Source: Dehalococcoidia bacterium
GTDB lineage: Bacteria; Chloroflexota; Dehalococcoidia; Lucifugimonadales; Lucifugimonadaceae
Assembly: GCA_965220515.1 (NCBI GenBank)
Contig: OZ244831.1
Location: forward strand, 975,322 to 999,321
DNA: 24,000 nucleotides
Reading direction: 5' to 3'
Below, piece after piece: positions 20,262 through 24,000 of this stretch. Positions within the stretch are counted from its first letter, which is position 1. Every line of letters begins with the position of its first letter. Under the pieces are notes generated by a model. It saw only the letters and a program-made list of their open reading frames with translations. It did not search any database and was not told the DNA's origin. The position numbers and the translations under genes are program-made.

Positions 20262-20933
20262 TCAACCAGGAGTCTCGCCGATCCAGACTTCGCCGCCCTC
20301 GAAGTACTCCTTCTTCCAAATCGGCACTACCTCCTTCAATCGATCGATGAAATAAAGCGCAGACTCAAACGCTGGACGCCTATGCGCCGCGCTCACCGCC
20401 AACACCATGCTCGTCTGACCGATATCGACCCGACCGGTCCGGTGGCATACCGCTACATCACCAATCTCCCACCTCTCTCGCATCTCACCAACAATGTAGG
20501 TCATCATGTCTTCCGCCATCGGAGAATACGCCTCGTACTCCAGCCACAACACGCGACGTCCCTCATTGTGGTCACGCGTGATCCCGTGAAATACGACCAC
20601 GGCACCATCCCGATCTGATCCTACGCGGGAGACCACCTCGTCAGCGTCGATTTCGTCACTCGTAACCCAGACATCCGAGATGCCATTCGCGCCGCCGCTG
20701 ACCGGAGGAATAATTGCGATCTCGTCGCCGTTGCTCAAGATAGTCGATCGGTCAGCGTATGCACCATTCCGTGCCAACATCACGTTCTCAGGCAATTCAT
20801 ACTCAGCACCAACCAACGCAATCGCTTGATCCACCGCCGCGCCCAGGTTCGCGTCCTTTAAGACATTCAGCTCTACACGCCCGGTCCCGACCCGCTCGCG
20901 GGCTCCGGCAAAGAATAGAACTGTCACACGCAC
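20262..20933 (-). CDS. moaDE: Fused molybdopterin synthase: MoaD-like sulfur-carrier domain plus MoaE catalytic domain
   Basis: The N-terminal ~80 aa end in DEIAIIPPVSGG (MoaD/ThiS fold with a Gly-Gly terminus). The chain continues into MoaE (VVVFHGITRDHNEGRRVLWLEYEAY...HRTGRVDIGQTSMVLAVSAAHRRPAFESALYFIDRLKEVVPIWKKE). Confidence 0.85.
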   Translation of the reverse strand: MRVTVLFFAGARERVGTGRVELNVLKDANLGAAVDQAIALVGAEYELPENVMLARNGAYADRSTILSNGDEIAIIPPVSGGANGISDVWVTSDEIDADEVVSRVGSDRDGAVVVFHGITRDHNEGRRVLWLEYEAYSPMAEDMMTYIVGEMRERWEIGDVAVCHRTGRVDIGQTSMVLAVSAAHRRPAFESALYFIDRLKEVVPIWKKEYFEGGEVWIGETPG

Positions 20934-21158
20934 TTCGAAATCCCCGTCTCGTCTAAGTTGAAACTAAGTGAATCCAAGCGTAGCAAATCGAGTTTCGATG
21001 CTGACATCTTCGCCGCGTTAAGTAAACAGAACCGGATCCAGAGTCACTCCCCTTTGTCCGTACCACCATCGTGCGATAAAATCGTAATTTAGCACTTGCG
21101 CCGAATCTATTCGGTGCACACACAGCAGATATCCGATCCCAGCATCGCTTGGAGATAC

Positions 21159-21419
21159 ATGGTTCGAATCAGACTTAAGAGAATCGGCGGTCGCGGCCGG
21201 CCTTACTACCGCATCGTCATCGCGGATCAGCGCAATTCCGCAGCCGGAAGATACATCGAACAAGTTGGTTTTTACGACCCCTTTCCTGACCCACCGCAGA
21301 TAGATTTCGACGAGGAAAAGACGCTCGAATGGCTCCGCAAAGGCGCCCAGCCGTCCGAGTCTGTGGAGCGCATGCTCAAATCAAAAGGGATCCTCGACAA
21401 GGTCAAGGTCAATGCTTGA
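21159..21419 (+). CDS. rpsP: 30S ribosomal protein S16
   Basis: MVRIRLKRIGGRGRPYYRIVIADQRNSAAGRYIEQVGFYDP. The start is reassigned from 21096 to ATG 21159, with GGAG 5 nt upstream. Confidence 0.95.
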   Translation: MVRIRLKRIGGRGRPYYRIVIADQRNSAAGRYIEQVGFYDPFPDPPQIDFDEEKTLEWLRKGAQPSESVERMLKSKGILDKVKVNA

Positions 21420-21822
21420 ACAAGAACGCCAATCCGAGGTAGATCAACCAGCTGACGAAGAAGCCGTCGAGGTAGAAACGGCGTCCGAAGCAGTTGTAAC
21501 CCAAGAGCCGGTTGAAGAGACCACAGTCGAAGACCTCTCCGACGAAGAGCCGTCCTCGTACGACGACATTGGCGAAGTCGAGGGCGAATCCGAAATGCGC
21601 GATATGATCGGCTATATCGCAAGAGTTTTAGTTGACGATGCGGATGCGGTCCAAGTTCGGTCCGAATGGAGCGATGGGCGTCTGAACATCAACCTCAAGG
21701 TAGCCGACGCCGACAAAGGCAAGGTCATTGGGCGACGCGGCAGGGTTGTTCACGCGATGCAATCGCTGCTCCGAGTCGCTGCGACAAAATCAAACATGCG
21801 AGCCGGCATCGACGTCGAGTAG
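21412..21822 (+). CDS. KH-domain RNA-binding protein (YlqC/UPF0109 family) with an acidic N-terminal extension
   Basis: The C-terminal ~75 aa (MIGYIARVLVDDADAVQVRSEW...KVADADKGKVIGRRGRVVHAMQSLLRVAA) match the KH protein usually encoded after rpsP. The N-terminal ~60 aa are Glu/Asp-rich. An internal start near 21592-21604 is possible. Confidence 0.75.
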   Translation: MLEQERQSEVDQPADEEAVEVETASEAVVTQEPVEETTVEDLSDEEPSSYDDIGEVEGESEMRDMIGYIARVLVDDADAVQVRSEWSDGRLNINLKVADADKGKVIGRRGRVVHAMQSLLRVAATKSNMRAGIDVE

Positions 21823-21871
21823 ACTGCTCTTCGCCGTGGTCGAAACGGCTTCATCGGAAAGGAGGGCTTAA

Positions 21872-22636
21872 ATGTCAGGCCATTCTAAGTGGAGCACCAT
21901 CAAGCACAAGAAGGGTGCAGCCGACGCTAAACGCGGGCAACTCTTCACCAAACTCACCCGCGAAATCACCGTCGCCGCCAGAGAGGGGTCCGACGATCCC
22001 GACATGAACTTCCGTCTGAGACTGGCAATCGACAACGCCAAGTCTCAGAACATGCCCAAAGACACCATCGAACGCGCCGTAGCCAAAGGTGCCGGCAAAG
22101 GTGCCGACGGCAACGCTCTCGAGGAACTAACCTACGAAGCCTACGGCCCCGGCGGCACCGGCTTCATCATCCAAACCCTCACCGACAACCGCAACCGCGC
22201 CGCTTCCGGAATCCGATCGAAGCTCACCCGCAGCGGCGGCAATCTCGCCGCCAACGGAGCCGTGTCGTGGAACTTCGAGCAAAAAGGCCTCGTCACTCTA
22301 GAAGTCGAAGGTGCCGACGCTGAAGAGGTCGCACTCGAAGTCATGGATATCGGCGCCGAAGACGTCGAGATCGAGGAAGACTTGGTCAGCATCACCTTCC
22401 CATTCAACGAATTCGCAAAAGCGAAAACCGAACTGGAATCGCTCACCGACGTCCGCGTCGAAAATGCCGAGTTGGCAATGGTCCCCAACAGCACCGTTTC
22501 TCTCGGAAAATCGCAAGCGCTCCAAACCCTTCGCCTCCTCGACGAACTCGAAGAACTCGATGACGTTTCCAAGGTCTTCACCAACGCCGACTTTCCCGAG
22601 GAAGTGCTCGAGGAGTTCCTCGCCCAACAAGGCTGA
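21872..22636 (+). CDS. yebC: YebC/PmpR (TACO1) family transcriptional/translational regulator
   Basis: MSGHSKWSTIKHKKGAADAKRGQLFTKLTREI is the invariant family N-terminus. RBS AAAGGAGGG lies upstream. Confidence 0.92.
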   Translation: MSGHSKWSTIKHKKGAADAKRGQLFTKLTREITVAAREGSDDPDMNFRLRLAIDNAKSQNMPKDTIERAVAKGAGKGADGNALEELTYEAYGPGGTGFIIQTLTDNRNRAASGIRSKLTRSGGNLAANGAVSWNFEQKGLVTLEVEGADAEEVALEVMDIGAEDVEIEEDLVSITFPFNEFAKAKTELESLTDVRVENAELAMVPNSTVSLGKSQALQTLRLLDELEELDDVSKVFTNADFPEEVLEEFLAQQG

Positions 22637-22663
22637 GGACAAGGAAGTCTGAGGCACCGGGGC

Positions 22664-23521
22664 ATGTCCTTCTCGCGCCATCACGTCCGCAGCGTCGTCC
22701 AATCCGCGCTCGAAGAAGACTGCGCCTTCAACGACGCCACCACGAACGCCACCATCGGTGAAGCGGGCATCAGCGCTACCGCTCACCTAGTCGCTAAACA
22801 ATCGGGAATAATCGCTGGCATTTCAGTAGCTGAAGAGGCATTTAATACCCTCGATCCGCAATCCGAATTTGTAGCCCATATCGACGACGGTCAACCCGTC
22901 GAAGCGGGAATGAAAATTGCCACTGTCTCGGGCAAAGCCTCAGCAATTCTGAGTGCCGAGCGTACCGCCCTCAATCTCCTCCAACGCATGAGCGGCATCG
23001 CAACATCGACAGCGCGATACGTCGCCGCGGTCCAAGGCACTGACGCTTCAATTGTCGACACCCGCAAAACCGTCCCCGGTCTTCGAGTCCTAGACAAATA
23101 CAGTGTCTTGATGGGCGGTGGCGGCAATCACCGGATGTCCCTCGCCGACTGCATCCTCATCAAAGACAACCACATCGCCGCTATGCAAGCACAAGGAATG
23201 ACGATCGGAGACGTCGTCCGACACGCCAGATCAAACGCACCCTTCTCCATCAAGATCGAAATCGAAGTCGAAAATGTCGACGACGCCGTGGACGCTATGA
23301 GCGCTGGCGCAGATATCGTCATGCTCGACAACATGTCTCCCGACACCATGCGCGAAGCCGTCAACCGTCGCGTTGGTCAAGCGTTGTTGGAAGCGTCCGG
23401 CAACGTAACCCTCGCCAACGTGCGACAAGTCGCAGAGACCGGCGTCGATATCATATCCGTCGGCGAGTTAACCCACTCCGTCTCAGCCCTAGATATTTCC
23501 CTCGACTTCAGCGTCGCCTGA
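22664..23521 (+). CDS. nadC: Nicotinate-nucleotide diphosphorylase (carboxylating) / quinolinate phosphoribosyltransferase
   Basis: ERTALNLLQRMSGIAT, VDTRKTVPGLRVLDKYSVLMGGGGNHRMSL, ILIKDNHI, MLDNMSP and EASGNV are all characteristic NadC motifs. Confidence 0.92.
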   Translation: MSFSRHHVRSVVQSALEEDCAFNDATTNATIGEAGISATAHLVAKQSGIIAGISVAEEAFNTLDPQSEFVAHIDDGQPVEAGMKIATVSGKASAILSAERTALNLLQRMSGIATSTARYVAAVQGTDASIVDTRKTVPGLRVLDKYSVLMGGGGNHRMSLADCILIKDNHIAAMQAQGMTIGDVVRHARSNAPFSIKIEIEVENVDDAVDAMSAGADIVMLDNMSPDTMREAVNRRVGQALLEASGNVTLANVRQVAETGVDIISVGELTHSVSALDISLDFSVA

Positions 23522-23541
23522 GAGCCGCTAACCTTGAACGC

Positions 23542-24000
23542 CTAGCCCCGCCGTCTCCCCCGGTGGCGATCCATCGAATCGAGAATGAACGTCGCAGGGC
23601 CTTCGTTGACGAGTTCAACATTCATCATCGCCCCGAAAACACCGAGTTGAACGTCCACGCCAGCTAGTTCGAACGCTTCGGCAACTTTGTCAAACATCGG
23701 GCTCGCAACATCCCCCGGCGCTGACGCTGTGAAACCTGGCCGCCGCCCCTTGCGCGTGTCTGCGTATAGCGTGAACTGGCTGACTAATAGCGCACCGCCA
23801 CCGACATCGAGCAAAGATTGATCAAACCATTCGCCGTCGTTGCCTCGGAAGATTCGTAAATTAACGGCCTTGTTGACCAAGTAGTCGATATCCGCTTGCT
23901 CGTCGTCGTGTGTAACGCCGACGAGTATCACCAAGCCCATTTCGATCTTTCCCGTCGTCTCACCATCGACGGTAACTTTGGCTCCGGTCGAGCGTTGAAT
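23542..24000 (-). CDS. dtd: D-aminoacyl-tRNA deacylase (partial; the first few codons lie beyond the window end)
   Basis: The frame is open to position 24000. The upstream in-frame sequence IQRSTGAKVTVDGETTGKIEMGLVILVGV is the Dtd N-terminus, and downstream are NLRIF, LLVSQFTL and the C-terminal NEGPATF motif. The track ORF start at 23940 is an internal Met. Confidence 0.9.
   Translation of the reverse strand: MQRSTGAKVTVDGETTGKIEMGLVILVGVTHDDEQADIDYLVNKAVNLRIFRGNDGEWFDQSLLDVGGGALLVSQFTLYADTRKGRRPGFTASAPGDVASPMFDKVAEAFELAGVDVQLGVFGAMMNVELVNEGPATFILDSMDRHRGRRRG

Noticed and set aside
20934-21158. Possible Moco riboswitch upstream of the moaD-moaE fusion, or a ribosomal-protein leader upstream of rpsP
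   Set aside because: I could not recognise the conserved Moco-motif stems or any confident structure by eye. A covariance-model scan (Rfam Moco_RNA_motif) would be needed, so no claim is made.
22141-22786. 174-aa and 162-aa minus-strand ORFs and a 113-aa + ORF over the yebC/nadC region
   Set aside because: They are antisense or off-frame to two genes with unambiguous family signatures, and their translations are low-complexity Ser/Arg-rich.

Overview
GC-rich bacterial chromosomal window in three parts. (1) 1-4379, minus strand: the 5' part of a large type I polyketide synthase (KS-AT-DH, then the start of a probable C-methyltransferase region). It runs off the window edge, so it is missing from the supplied ORF track. 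(2) 4380-11700 is accessory-looking. It holds an 840-bp gene-free region full of TTGCCGC palindromes, a 20-bp inverted repeat, G/T-rich C-poor tracts and a G11 homopolymer. After that comes a 995-aa plant-type leucine-rich-repeat (LRR) surface protein. Next is a small islet: a retropepsin-like aspartic protease plus a GNAT-like acetyltransferase, a DUF559 endonuclease, a DUF104-type antitoxin with a frameshifted and truncated PIN toxin, and an intact Phd/YefM-VapC pair. These modules are separated by copies of a ~60-nt GC-rich hairpin repeat, with 6 copies between 9345 and 13939. (3) 11700-24000 is ordinary housekeeping: a five-gene Opp/Dpp-type peptide ABC importer, tRNA-Ser(GCU), an ABC-2 exporter pair, a fused MoaD-MoaE, rpsP, a KH-domain protein, a YebC-family regulator, nadC and a partial dtd. 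No CRISPR array, rRNA, transposase or integrase was seen. All calls rest on reading translations and motifs by eye; no database search or folding was run. The PKS architecture together with a eukaryote-like LRR protein is reminiscent of sponge or marine symbiont genomes, but that is inference only.
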